A program made the translations under genes and the position numbers. Under the pieces are notes generated by a model. It saw nothing but the letters and a program-made list of their open reading frames with translations, was not told the DNA's origin and searched no databases. A stretch of 63,227 bases of DNA, counting the filler, from Collodictyon triciliatum (taxonomy: Eukaryota), in the NCBI GenBank assembly GCA_043381765.1. It is 4 parts of 4 records of this genome, joined end to end, with 100 filler letters (N's around TTAATTAATTAA, not from the genome) between each part and the next. Parts side by side here need not be neighbours in the genome. Positions count along the whole stretch, not along the records: positions 19,690 to 39,266 come from JBHJMP010001289.1; positions 39,367 to 58,937 come from JBHJMP010001290.1; 2 more parts are not named here. One strand, written 5' to 3'. Below, piece by piece: positions 26,071 through 40,530 of the stretch. The number at the start of each line of letters is the position of its first letter. Position 1 is the first letter of the stretch.

Positions 26071-26474
26071 ACGACTTTTCCGTCTTCAGCGAAGAATAGT
26101 CAAGCCGGTTAGGCTTGGAATGAAGGTATCTGTATATCGTTTTGTATTATATTATATTGATTCGCCATTTACATATTATTATGACATAGTGGCTTTTTAA
26201 TAATCCTAAAAGGTATTATCAATATATATCCCACAAATATTATTCAAATTAAGAAGTAGATTGCAATCAATCAGTATCATATGTGCCAAACGGGGACGGG
26301 AGATCCACAAACAAGCAGCAGACGAATCAAATCACCTGATCGCTCGACAAACACCCGCAGAATCCGCTGCTCCTTCTTCGACAACCGGCCCCGTCAGAAA
26401 ACGAGTTCATCGTCATAAACACGGGTTCGCTCTCGAGTTACTGGGATTCTGAGACACATCTGCTTTCTTTGTAG

Positions 26475-27824
26475 AGCTGGCTCGCGTTCAACCTGGCAAG
26501 TCCTCGGCCGTTCTCGCGGATGGGCCGTTGGAGGACATAAACGAGTACGATTCGCAGATCCACCTTCTCAGGCGAAAGACTGAAGATGCAATCAAGGCGG
26601 TCGCAGGCTACTCGGGTGCCCAGCGGAAAGACGTAAGGATTTATATTTGATTAGCAGGCAGCCCGTTTCTGTGGTGGCTCGATCTGGTGGCGAATGATCT
26701 ATACTGGCCTTGACTGTGGAATCCTCGTATTTCCACCCTTTTCTGTAATAGAAACTTTCAGAAATCTCGACGCTGATCGAGCAGTGCAACTTGCAATACC
26801 GGAGCTTTAAGTTGGAGTTGAATGAGTTGCCTCGTGACGAGCGACGGATTTACGAAGCGGTTCGTATTATGTACACTTCGAGATTTTGAAGCTCTAACCT
26901 TTTGCTTGTGCTTCGGCTAGACTGTAATTATTTTCTCATCTATATTCGTAATGAAATATTTTGTGAAAAATCTGACACTTCTGCCGCTTTCCGAGAAGAA
27001 ATTGAAGGAGCATCGCGAGAGAATCGATGAGTTGGCCAATGAGCTGAAATGGGCACAGGCAACATCACAAGACGGACGCAGTATGTTAGACCACTCACTC
27101 TTTTCTTATTCATATTTTTAATTTTAGTATTAGTATCAGTATTAGTATCAATATTACTATCAGTATCAGTTTTAGTATTACTATTTTAGTATTAGAACTT
27201 CCCAGATACCTACACCCAATAATCAGTACCTTACATAAGCTCAAAATGAATTTAATTCCAATCGTCTCATCAATAAAGACAATACTGCATGCAATTTCAT
27301 TTCTTCTGTCTCAAAAAAATCGCAGCTCAGGATGTGGAGCTGATGACAAGCAAGGAAAAACTGAATGCCGCATCTTCCATTCAAGACCAATCCATTTTGT
27401 CACTCGACCGAAGCAAAAAACTGATTAACAGTGCCACTGAAATCGGTGTCAATACCGCAGCCAGTCTCAAAGAGCAAACGGAGAGGCTCAATCTAATTAA
27501 CCAGGACATAGATTTAGTACGAACTCATTTTTCTTAAATGCGCACATATTCAAGTTTGAAACACCGATTTGTTCCTTCCACTTCCACACGCTTCTATAGA
27601 TGCTGATTGGTAATGATATCTTTCATCTGCCTCTGGATGCAATTTAACAGGTCGAAAGCAACCTCCATCAAGCCGAGAAGCAAATGCGAGCGTTTGCTCG
27701 TCGCGTTATGACAGACAAGATTGTACTCTGTCTGTTATGCTTCATCTTCATTGGTGTCATTTTCATCATCGCGTACTCTATCGCTAATCCTGATGCAGAC
27801 ACAAACATGCCGGATTCCATTTGA
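26475..27824 (+). CDS. Qb-SNARE, NPSN (novel plant SNARE)/Vti1-like; first exon and ATG uncertain
   Basis: Habc-like exons (YRSFKLELNELPRDERRIYEAKLKEHRERIDEL), SNARE motif SLDRSKKLINSATEIGVNTAASLKEQTERL, RAFARRVMTDK, C-terminal TM helix IVLCLLCFIFIGVIFIIAYSI, TGA at 27822-27824. Confidence 0.85.
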
Positions 27825-28257
27825 CCGAAAGCAAAAATGATTTTCCCAACCCGTACAAGAATATCTCGCCTCTACGACACTTTGGAGATAAAAATTCAAA
27901 GTCTGTCTTCCCCAACCTTGCCTGTCACAAAAACGCGGACCAGGGTTATTCCAGCTTACCCTACTTGCTGCTTTCTCCAGGAAAAACATATCTCAGTCCA
28001 ATAAAAACCTTTAGCAAAACCCCCTCTGATCCGTTTCCCATGACGCGCGCACAAAAGGACGTGAAAGGGTTGAGAAACCAGCAGCCTGAATGAAAACGCC
28101 CGAAGATACAACAGCGACCAGACACTGCACCCTTTTCAAAATTGGAATTTGCGGCGGTCGACACATTTTCATTCCGTTGGATGTTCGGGCGATATATACT
28201 TATTTACCACAATTCATTGAATATGGTTTGAATTTGCGAAACAGTAAAAAAAACACC

Positions 28258-28512
28258 AAAACACATACATAAAACACAGACATAAAACACAGACATAAAA
28301 CACATACATAAAACACAGACATAAAACACATACATAAAACACATACATAAAACACATACATAAAACACAGACATAAAAAAACACCGAAACACAGACATAA
28401 TACATACACACAAAACACGCACAAAACACATACATAAGACACAGACATAAAAAAACACAGACATAAGACACAGACATAATACATACACACAAAACACGCA
28501 CAAAACACACAT
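28258..28512. repeat. 13-bp minisatellite AAAACACA(T/G)ACAT with variant units
   Basis: About 20 units; the first nine are regular and the later ones degenerate. Confidence 0.9.
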
Positions 28513-28887
28513 GAGAATGAGATAAACCCGAACTGCTGTGACAGAAAACAAGCACCGATCCAATAGCCGTCTATATTTGCAGCCTCCTTCCCGACCAGTC
28601 GGATCGTCAACTGCAACAAACAAGCATCTAAAGGTAAGTACTCCACAACCCTCTCAAACATTTTGCTCCAAGAGTGTGAAGAAACTTCCAGCGAGGCCAT
28701 ACGACTTCTCTGTCTCTCCAACCAAATGTTAGTTTGTAAAAAGCACAACACCTGTGCTTTTTGACCCAGCACTCAACCAATCGATTAGACCTCACCATAG
28801 CCTTCAAAGGAACCGAGAAAAAAGAAGAAGAGCCACAAACTCTTTAAAGGAAAGCAAGAGCGATAAGCGAAACGTATTCCAAAACCC

Positions 28888-31800
28888 ATGGAGCGCCTCT
28901 CGAAAGACACCCTGGACTGTCTCGAGTGGATCGAAGCCTGCATCCACGCCGTGCTGAAGCCAAAGGCAGACAAAGTGCGCAAGATGTACACCGAAGAGGA
29001 TTCACGGTTGCTTTTTCAAGTTCCCTGACTTTCGCTACCATCTTTTACCCGGCCGAGCCTTATTTTATTCTTGTTCCTAGAATTCAAAACATATGACTTT
29101 TCTCACGAAGGATATTATGATTAACTCCTATTCCATCCACGCTTTCTTTTCCTATTTGTCCGTTCTCGCCACCGCCTGACTCAGTCGTTCCATCACTGAC
29201 TTTCTGGAGAATTCTGATACTCGAATGGTGTTGATTTTTTACGTAAACAAAGATGAGCTTTGCGCCACTCAAACTGTGCCAACTTCTTTCAAGAGGAAAA
29301 GCATGTACCTTATCAAGAACAGTCGCACCCCAGTCAACCGATCCAATATCGAGAACGTTTGCCATGATTCTAATCTTTCAATTTTTTTTGTTCACTTATA
29401 AATGACTTCTTGTTGTGATTTGTCTTAAATTATCACACTATCTATGTTATCCCTTATAACGTCCTTCCCAAAGACGCTCATATTCTTGGATAACCTATTT
29501 GGATGTTAAACGTCCTCGTGCCTACTCTGACCGAACACATTCCACTCAAACTCACCACGAATTTACCATAGGAGGTCAGGGTTGGTGACTTCTCGACAAA
29601 ACCAATTGAGACACTGTCATTGACCCTGCAAGAAGTTTATCTGCCTCTCCTATCAAATCCAGCTAATCAGGTATGTTTTAGTTATAGAATTTCTTTGTTT
29701 ATAAACAGTAATGTCTCGCGATTTCATATCAATAGTGTAAGTGCAATGGTGCACACATACATATTTTTACACAAATATTCATACCACAAACCATCCTCAA
29801 AGCAACGCTGGCCTGAGGTTGTTGGCAAAGAAGTCGTTGACAACCTACAGAAATTCATCGCCGATATTTGCGTCACCATTGGACAGACTAAAGTAATGCC
29901 AGTAGTATAATTCTGCGTGACTTACAAAGAACAAGAAATGTCTCCAGATGGACGGGCACATGACAGTCTCATGCTTATACTAGAGCAGAATAGCTGCACT
30001 TGGTATTGATCTCTTTATTTGACCTGGAAATCATTTCATTGTAGGGAAAAACTCTTCTGCCGCTCCCACCATCGGAAGTCTCTGGAGACAAAGCCACGCG
30101 TGACAAGGACCGTGTGCATTTGTTGGAGGGTGCAATTGTTACCTGGACGAAGCAAATTCGAGTGAGTCCCGTCTATAGGGATCAACATGGGCTTGTTTAG
30201 AATAGAGCGTGTAAAATTATAGCATAATGGATTAGCTGTTCATCTCCAATTTTCACTTTTATTTTGGGCGGCTCTATAGAACGTTCTGAAGATGGACCCT
30301 GAGGCTGTCCTTAAGGGAGGGGGGAACCCAGGACCCTTAACAGAAGTTGACTTTTGGGCCGCGAAGGTTAACCACTTATCTACAGCATTAATAATGGAAT
30401 TCTCTGTGATAATACTCAAATATACCTGTCCACGTAGACTTTTTCTCTCTTTGTTTGCTTTCTCTTACGAACTGATATTGAGCTCCTAACTGATGTTTTT
30501 TTTCTTTTCATACTGACATGCCACGCTATTTGAAATGATTAGTCTGCCAACCTCAATTCAATCCAAGAACAATTAGCGAGCGAAAAAGTCAAAAAGATTC
30601 TCAGAGTTCTTGACCTGACAAAAAGCACATACTATGCCCCTTTTGGAAGACTCTGCAAGGTTTTAAATTCATTTTTTGTCTGATATGAAGAGAGACCGAT
30701 TGTACTTGGTCAAATCAATATGCATACCTTGCGCTCTTTTATCGTACCTAAATTCCCCTCTCTCAACAGGAAGTAGGCAAGGCACAAGAGGAAGCCAATA
30801 GCAACTCCACCCACCTGGAACCTTTACGAAAGTGGTTCATGAGATTGAACGAAGCCACAAACTTCACGTCAATTACAGAGACATATCAGCCTATTCTCCA
30901 CATTATCTTGTTGATTTGGAAGCATAGCAAGTAAAATAAAAATCAATCTATTTAAAATTTCATGGATTAATCCCTTTTTTTTATTTTTTACAAAAGCAAG
31001 AGACAAACTGCTAATATTTCACGTCAACGCTACTTGTGCGATTTTTTTTTTATCATTAATTCAAAGTCATCTACCCTTGTCATACGAAACAGATACTACA
31101 ACACACCTGGTCGCCTTTTTGTTCTAATCGTCGAAATATGCAATCTCATTATTGACAAAGTAATTACATTCATATATCGCCAGTCAAAAAGGACTTAAAT
31201 CACTCCATTTCAAATATGCATGAATGTTTGCTAAATGAATATATGAATCAGGCGATGCATTTCATCAACGACAAAGAGCTATTCAAGCTCGACCCTCAGG
31301 ACGCTGTTGACCGCCTTAAAATTGCTCTTCGGGTGTGCGGGCAATTCAAGGTATTTTGTCACAACATTTTTTTTTATACATTTCCTACTTCTTCCGTTGA
31401 TTTCTTAGCAATATTTAACTCGAATTATTCTACTAGAGCACCTACTTCGACTATAAAACAATTGCAAATAATGAGTGTCCTCAAAATCCATGGCGCTTCC
31501 AAAACAATGCCATTTTCAACAGACTTGATGGGTTTTTGGAGCGTTGTCACGATGTTTTGGATTTGATGCAAACCACCGTTCAGTTCTCAAAGCTTGAACG
31601 TATTGAAATCGGCGGATCTAAGGTTTACAAATTTTGCATTTCGTAATATTTCCCGATTTATGTTTTTATTATTAAACCAAAAAAAATAATACAAAAGCAA
31701 AAACAACAGCAAGATTTATCCATAAATAGTAATTATATATCATCTAAATCATTCCCAACACATTTTTGAAACAATATCTGCATAAACTTACTATCATATG

Positions 31801-34800
31801 TCATTGTCGATGGGGTTCTATCTGAAAATAACCATGATAGGGTAAGAGCCTTACCAACAATTCACGTCAGATTCACACGGACTTTCAACAGGCTGTTCAA
31901 ATATTTCAAGTTTGTAATACACTTTTGCCGTAATTTGTTTCATATTCGTCTTGCATACCTGGACATATTTCAACTAGTCTTGATACCGGACCAATACAAT
32001 TTCTCACTCTTAGAACATACCGTATGACATAATGAATGTCGAAGAAAAGAAATTTGATGATGACTTTTACGAATACCGAACCCGTATCAAAGAGTTGGAG
32101 AAGAGACTAAGGTTTTTATGAACTGTTTATATTGAATGACTCAAATATCTATAAAATTGCTATGTATTGATTAACAATTTTTCTTTTTGTACAACGCAGT
32201 AATATTATCAGCCAAGGGTTTGATGACTGCACTACGCTGCATAGCGCGTTCGGGCTCATCGAAAGTTTTGAAAACATCTCTGGAAGAGAGGGAATCCAGG
32301 CTGACCTGGAAAGAAAATATAGCGACCTATTGAAGCTTTATATTCAAGATATCAGAGTATGTTATTTGGTTATGGTTTTGTATTATTTACATTGTGCCTT
32401 CTCATTCACCCATGTTTCTCTTTTTTTCATTCGCACTGCATACCGCCATTCTAAATTGTACAATAGGGAGTACACGAACTGTTTCAGTCACGAAAAGATG
32501 CACCCAATATTTCACCAAATTGGCCACCAACTGCAGGTTCAATTAATTGGGTCAGAGGTTTAATTGAAAGATGTGAGGGTCCGATGGCTAAATTCAAAGA
32601 GGTGTGTTGCATTTTTTCTGTACTAATACACGCTAAGTCGAAATATCGTATTTCATCAATGACGCCATTGCTTATGTCACATAATTCAACCGAAGCTTGA
32701 CCGCGGTCTCTTTGAAAATGAGGATGGGAAAGAAGCAATTCGCATGCTGCAGGTGCTTTACCCAATAATATCTACATAAATAGTAAAATCCAATAAATTC
32801 GAACGATAAAACCCTTGAATAAATCCTAACAATGAGCGTAGTCTGCAGTACTGGAGTTCAAAGAATACGAAACGCAGCTTTTCGAAACTTGGGTGTCTGA
32901 AGTGGAAACAACATCGCAAGTATGAATTTACAAATACTACCTTATAACATATTGATCGACTGTTACATTCATTCATTTCTTGAAAAAAAAAAACTATTCA
33001 TACCTCTTTCTTGTCTGGAATGACTTTTTTTTTTATATTCGTTTGTTCTGGTATAGCATATGTTCGCAGGAGTTTGCACCAGAACTTAATTCCGTTTAAC
33101 CTACATCAAGACCAAATTAAAACAATCCTTGCTGCGAAGAGAACCAGCCAATCGCTTCCTGGTGGTCAATATCGACCCTGACCTTCTTCGTCTGCTGCGC
33201 GAAGTAAAATACCTTGCCCAGCTCGGGTTTTCCATACCGGAAGGCGCGATGAGTATATTCAAAAAGGTCATTGAACTTTTCTTTTATATTTATATGCACT
33301 TAACGACACGATGTCTATTTTTCCATCAGCCGGCTCGCCAATCATGTCTTGTTTAGAACCTTTATGTAATAGCTCTTGATACTTTTGACGCTTTTGGTTT
33401 ATTCTCACTTTAGTGCTTCTCAATATATACGACAAACTTTTACAGGCCGAAATTTTCCGCACCACGTCTGGTAATCTGGACCTGATTGTCAATCGCTATA
33501 ACAATATTCTCAGCTCGTTGATGGATATCGAGCGCCCGTTATTCCAACAAAAAATCGACGAAATCGATAGTTCATTGGAAAAGGTAAAGCATTTCACTCT
33601 TGGGGATTGCATAACTCCCATTCTGGTTCCTGTTCTTTTTTTCCTCCTTTCCCCTCTCTTGCGCTCCAGTAACTTTTTTTCTTAGAAAATACTGGCCAAC
33701 TATTTTTTTTTTTACCTCCAGGGACTGCAGCATTTGAATTGGAAGAGCCACGGTATTCAGGAGTTTATTACAACGGGAATGTCTAAAGTTTGTTTAACAC
33801 AATGAAGAAATAAAAATTTTATTTATTTATTTATTGAAAATGAATACTTTTGTATTGTTGAATTTATTTGATAGATGGATCCACGGTAACTGACAAATCC
33901 TTACATTTACAGGTGAAAGAGGCAGCTTCTATCCTTGCTTCATTCAAGGCCAATTTCAAAAACATTGAAAAAATTCTGCTGGGTTGGACTAATAGTCTTT
34001 TATTCGAGAGAAAGCAAGGCAAGACATATACACCAGAAGATTTCATGGAGACCGTCTATAAGGTATTCTGAAGATGAATTCATTTTGCATAAATTCAAGA
34101 CCACTGATTATATTTTATTTTTCTGTTTATTTGTATGTGTTGCTTTTTTTCCCTCTGAATATTTGCAAGGTCCTTCTGGTAACCCGAAAATGCGAGTTTG
34201 AAGAGGGTGGCAAAACTATTCATTCACTGTTACTTGAAAGGTATCATTCGGAATGTTCATTAGATCTGCCATTTACTTAACGAACCATCTTGTCTATGAT
34301 TCTATACTATTCATTACACCAAAGACATTTCTTTTTAACTACCAACAATCCATTTTCATACAAATCTGTCCCTAAATCATATGTTTTTCCTCGAGTTTCC
34401 CAATCACTTAGCTAGATAGCATTACAAAAATGCATAAAAATGATGTAGATCATTCCTCTTACATTCGACTTTTCTCATCAGCAATAAGATTCTCAAGATA
34501 AGCAAAGGTGCTCAATCGTGGAGAAACTATCTGGAGTGGGTGAACTCCATTATCATATCACATTTCCAAAGGACGATACTCAACAGCTTGTTGTATCTGA
34601 AGGAGCAAATTGTTGTATGGTTATTTTCATTATTCTTCACTCTCATCCATCATTCATAAGGACTCTTTTCATCACGATTTTCTGTATACTCACTTTGCGT
34701 CCTATCCACACATTTCAATGCCACAATTGCCTGGTTTAGGCGGTAACCGTCAACGAAAAGCAAACAGACCAAGGCCCGCTTTTGGAGGTGAAGGCAGAGC

Positions 34801-37800
34801 TTGTCGCCCCCGATATTCAGTTCAACCCTGACCTTGGTGAAGTTGGACAAATGGGAATTCGAAACCTCATCAACGTAAATCTCTAATATAATTATTCCAA
34901 TGACATCTGCTTTTGGCAACAACGCCTGCTTTAACTCACCAGAATCAAATATTCTCCACGTAATGAAGCAATGGATATCAGACTTTTGTGGAATTGCTGG
35001 GTGCATGAAAAAACTCGATATCGGAGACAGTGATTACTTGAACGATGTCCAAGGCTCGGAAGAAATCACTACACTCATTGAAACCATATATCAAGCAGTC
35101 CTTTCAAATGAAGATGAATGTCGCAATTATCGAGATACTTTCATGTCCTTCTCACATCTGTGGACTGTAATGGCTTCAAATACGATTTTATCATAAGACT
35201 AGTCAAAATATCATATCCGCAAAAAATAAAATAAAATAAAACAAAATAAAACAAAATAAAACAAAATAAAACAAAATATAATAAAATAATTCATACGAGT
35301 CAGTTTTTTTCTTTTGATGCAAAGTCAACTAAACACCTCTATAGAATGACCCAGCCAAATGGTTTGCAAAGTTTATGGATGAAGAGAGCTCTGCAGCAAC
35401 ACCCACCAATCAAACCCGCCAGAAAAACCGAAATGGAACATCTAATGTAATCATGCATGACCATGACGAACATACCGAAACGGGTGTAAAATGCTCATTC
35501 TAATCCCAATTTTGTTCTGGAAACATCCTAGCAAATTATCGAAAGCGACAGTGAACTAGAACAAGAGGTCCTTCATTTGCTTTTAGCAAAAGTGTCTGAT
35601 GCTAGGTATTTTCCCTTCAACTTCAGTTGTTTACATTCTTTTCATTCCCTTTTGTTTGTTTGTTTGTTTGTTTGTTTGTTTGTTTGTTTGTTTGTTTGTT
35701 TGTTTGTTTGTTTGTTTGTTTGTTTGTTTGTTTGTTTGTTTGTTTGTTTGTTTGTTTGTTGTGAAGCCTTGTCGATTCTTTTATTTATCATTAACAGCAA
35801 GAATTCGACTCGCTGACATGTCATTCCTTGCCGAATGAATTATACTTCTTGCTTTTTCTTTTCTATAATCTCATCTCGAATTTCAACGCAGACGAGAGCC
35901 TGACTTGGAAAAGTTTGACGAAAAGATTGGGTACTATAAGTCTATTCAAGACCAAATTGCACAACTTCCGAACAATACGCCTGTAGGATGGCTCAGATTA
36001 GACACAAGGCCATTGAAGCAGGTCAACTTTAGGAGTCAACTTTTTTTCTTTAAATTCAGCGACAAACTCCACGAGACAAAGGAAACACCACACTCACAAA
36101 ATTCATACACTTTTTTCATGCAGGCTTTGAGCACATGGGCAACAAAGTGGATATTCGTCTTTACTCATCATTTGGTCGGTAGCGTGAATGATGTTTTACT
36201 GGACATTCACGAATTTGTAACGAAAACAGAGGCTGGGTTGGAGCGCTTCCCTAATCCGGGTGATGTTGACGGATTGATGAAGATTTTAGGACATTTACGG
36301 TACCATTTGATCGCTTTTCTCCCGTTATCTGCTACTTGATTTAAACAATAAATATATCATCCATAAAGCAGGAACTCTAAACATTTGAAAAGATGATGGG
36401 TCACTGTGATTCCAATTTTTTTGAATAGAAAAAATGCTTTCAGTGCGTGCTTATATACCCTTATTATTTATTCAGAGATGTCCGAGTTAGAATGTCTGAA
36501 ATTGACCAAGCCTTCGGACCAATTCGATCAAAGTGAGCATCACGATATTTTTAATCTGTAAATCACATAGAAAAGTTATTACTTCATCAGAATTGTGTAT
36601 GAATAGTCAATAGCCAAATAAGCCTCATTGACCGACTTTTGCAGGGTTGTTCTTCTTCGGAAGTATGGTATTCCTATTCCCGAGCAAGCTCTTCAATCCC
36701 TGGAAGATTGCCCTTCGCGCTGGGCCAATCTGAAGCGGAAGGCAAACACTATACGGTGAGTTTATGTTGTGTGTGATTGTATATTACAATCTCCATCATA
36801 TGTAGCTGAGCTTTCATTACATTCCATGGCTATCGCACCTTTGTAAAGTTAAAACTACTATGCTCAATCTAGCGACCGCGTATCGTCACTGCAACACTCT
36901 GAAATCGACCGCGTCCGCATTCGTGTATGTTAATGAGTTGAAATATTGGAAGATAGCGGCGATTTGCCAACACTACTAGAAAATAGAGCTCATACTGGGG
37001 GCATTGCATACATCTCTGCCACCTATCCGACTATTAAATCATTTGTAATCTGTCACACCGTAGGGCTCTGCATTCGAGAGTAAACTAAACGATTTTCTGG
37101 AACGCTTCAAAACGCTGGCTCCATTTGCATACGACTTTGGAATTTCAGGAGCGTACAACAGAATAGATGAATACGTGAAGTTGGTTCAAGGAGTCGAGAA
37201 AGAGGTTTTTATTATGCGTCTCACTATATTGACGAATTTTGATATCAGCCTTTACGCTTCGCCATGAGTGATTCTTCTTGTTGAGACTGCATATGTCTAT
37301 TTATTTGTGCAGGCAAACGACACAAATTATCTCCGAGAGCTATTCGAAATTCCCTCAGTCGAATATCCCCAAATCACTGAGGTGAAGAAGAACCTTATTT
37401 TGCTAAAGCACTGTTGGGATATGGTGCAAATCGTAACACTGCAGCTTGCCGAATGGAAGTCGACAATTTGGCAGGTCCGCAATCCCTCTTTGTTGATTAA
37501 TCATATCATATACAAAATATAACATGCGTTTGCTGCTGAATTCAAACGGCTTTTAAGCACATGTAAATGGCTGATCACTTCCTCATTACAGACGATGAAC
37601 ACAGAGGCTCTCATCGATAAAGCCCATCTCCTCCTGGATGATGTGCATATCCTGCCCAAGTCGATTCGATCATGGGATGTTTACACTGGACTAGAGAATG
37701 AAATCAAGAACACAATATCAGCTCTTCCGGTTGTTCATCAACTTCACAGCGGTGCAATTCGTGAAAGACATTGGAAACAGGTTTTTTTTTTTTAAAAAAA

Positions 37801-39249
37801 AATAATAAAATAAAAATAAGAAGCATTCCATCACTTCCCATCCCAATATTATTTTCAATTGATTTTTAGGACTAGCAAAGAAACATATACCTGACCATTC
37901 TCTGTGATATCCTTAAACCAGGTCATGCGTGCAACTGGAGTTCATTTTAACATATCCGCAAATGTGAGCCTTGGAGAACTTTTGGCTCTTCGCCTACATA
38001 ACTACGTAGACGAGATTCTTGGTATTGTGGACAGAGCAAACAAGGAACAAGTGAGAGAACCGCCTTTTTATTCAAATCATATAACCTTCTAGTCCATGCG
38101 TCTAAAAAAAACTAAAGTCCCGTAAACTTCATACATTCTAAACCGGTATCGTCAAAATTATTAATCTTAATTCTGGTATAGCTGATGGAGAAAAACCTCC
38201 AATCAATCGAGGACACCTGGGAAAGCATCGAAGTTTCATACACTGCATACAAAGGAACATATCTCCTTGTAGTCCCTCAAGCACTTTTGCTGACTCTTGA
38301 GGAGAATTTGGTACGCTTGGGCAATTCTAGCTGTTTCGTTTTCTTATCCAATATCCGCCTGCATCATGAATCAATATCATCCAAGGTGCTAATTTTTTTT
38401 TTTTTTTGGTAGGTGACACTCCAAAACATCCGAGCAAACAAATATGTCGCCCATTTCCAGGATGAAGTGAACAAGTGGCAAAAAAAATTGGCCACAGTGG
38501 AATCGGTTCTGAGTATCTGGCGTGACGTTCAAAACCAGTGGTCAGGATTGGAGTCACTGTACCAGGTATTTTTGTCTCTAGAATAATATCGATGAACCTT
38601 TGTATTCTGATTTAATGTCAAAATATATATGTCAACCTACTGGGCTGCCTTGCTTGTGTAGGAATCTGAAGACGTGAAGACACAACTGCCAGAAGATTGG
38701 AAACGATTTAGTCTTGTGTGTAATCTCTTACTGAACTATGGAACATATATAACGAATTATGCAAATACGTTGAATTACAATTATGATATTTTAATATGAT
38801 TTTTTTTTTAAAAAAAAAGGATAGATGGAATGATACTCCAATGACGATAAATAATTCACATTCTTATAGGCCGATTTGGATTGGAGGGAGTTAATGCGTG
38901 AAGCACACGGTACTTTCAATACCATTGAAACATGCACAAAGGAAGGAAGACTTGAATTATTGGAGCGTCTTAGTGCCTCCTTCGAGAAGTGCCAGCTTGC
39001 CCTGACAGGTTTGTATATATTTATACATCCTTGTTATTCTACCAACGGCCAAACTATGGAAATATCTGTGAATTGTCCGTCTAATGTTCGTTCCCTACTT
39101 CTTTTTTTTTTTTTTTTTTGTCTTCCTTTCTTTCTCCATTCTTCAAAATCCTAGAGTACCTGAAGTCCAAACGCTCAAACTTTCCTCGCTTCTACTTTGT
39201 ATCGGATGCTGATGTGATTGACATGATGAGCAAAGGGTCTATTCCAAAG
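28888..39249 (+). CDS. Axonemal outer-arm dynein heavy chain (beta/DNAH9-11-17-like), N-terminal tail through linker; truncated by the scaffold end
   Basis: Dozens of GT-AG exons: [140 protein letters not shown]. Confidence 0.95.
35651..35761. repeat. (TTTG)n microsatellite in a dynein intron
   Basis: Seen directly. Confidence 0.95.
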
Positions 39250-39266
39250 GTGACAAAGGGTCAAAA

Positions 39267-39366
39267 NNNNNNNNNNNNNNNNNNNNNNNNNNNNNNNNNN
39301 NNNNNNNNNNTTAATTAATTAANNNNNNNNNNNNNNNNNNNNNNNNNNNNNNNNNNNNNNNNNNNN
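39267..39366. other. Artificial scaffold spacer N44-TTAATTAATTAA-N44
   Basis: Linker at 39311-39322; the dynein gene stops abruptly here. Confidence 0.97.
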
Positions 39367-39684
39367 GGTTTCTCAATGTTGCAGGTTCTATCTGGGTCTC
39401 GACCTGAAGAGAGCATGTTGGCTGTGTACTATCTTGTGTGCATGGGCGCCTACATGTCGTAGAGTTGCAAAGCGCGGATATGTTTGAAATGGCTATATCT
39501 GCATTTTTCTGGAGAGGAAGTGTTTACATGCCACACGAAGCCATCCTTATGGTTTTTCTGCAAGTGCGTTTCATCCAGAGCTTCAGATTTCTTAGTGCTT
39601 GAATATGTGTTGGATGTTTCTCCGTCTGCACGCATCATTGTAAGCCTCCCTTTATTCCAACATTAATATAAAAATAAAATAGGA

Positions 39685-40530
39685 AACCAACATCTCCACC
39701 ACCCTGCACAAAATTGAAAGGAAGAAAAAAATCATCCGTCCGAATCCCTACAAACCGGAGAAGATGAGTCTTTGGACCGAAACTATAGGCATTACAGACC
39801 CGCCGACAGTCAAAAGCAGGAAGCAAGCCCGTATACCTCAGTTACTTCCGAAACACCGCGCCCTACTTCTCAATATCTCCAACAGAGAGCTGTGGATAGG
39901 CGCGCGCGTAGTCCATTCAGCAACGACCTCTCCAGAATGCACCATGTGCCTTAGTGGAGATGACTCTATCGAACACACATTTGTGAAGTGCTCCCTTGCT
40001 CAAAAAATGACAGAATCTACCCACAAGATGCTCTCTGAGCTTGATTATGCTCCCAACCGACTCAGCGCGTCTGACATCCTGTTTGGCCCACAGTACCAAA
40101 TGACCCACGACTCTAGAATACTCTGGACAGTCACAAGGGACATATGCTGTGGTTCTTATGAAGTGTGCATGCATTCTCTCGCTCTAATGAGTCACCCGAA
40201 CGAGAAATCAATGTAGCCAGGCTTGAGAGCCTCGTGCAATACAGCTTCCTGAACAGCCTGCTGAAACACGCTCGCATTCTTCACTACTCTGACTGCAAGC
40301 GAAGAGAGATGTGGGAATGTGTCGTGCGATATCTCCCACAGCATATCCAACCCCTGCTACCCACGCAACCAATCAACTAGGTGGGTCGCCCACCTGACCA
40401 ACTCGCTATCACTGATTTCTTTCCAGTGCTACCCTCTACAGTAGTGTCTTCTACTCGCGTTTGCTCTCTCCCATGCGCACCTATTTCGCTCCTTGTATGG
40501 CATAACCTCGCTACACTTTGAATCGAATAA
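39685..40530 (+). mobile_element. 5'-truncated non-LTR (L1/TRE-like) retrotransposon 3' fragment, degenerate
   Basis: Intronless ORF with zf-RVT-like CTMC...DSIEHTFVKC, followed by a frameshifted continuation (40165-40380) and AATAAA near 40525. Boundaries are approximate. Confidence 0.65.

Noticed and set aside
28258-28512. CRISPR-like array
   Set aside because: Head-to-tail 13-bp units with no unique spacers, no cas genes, eukaryotic context.
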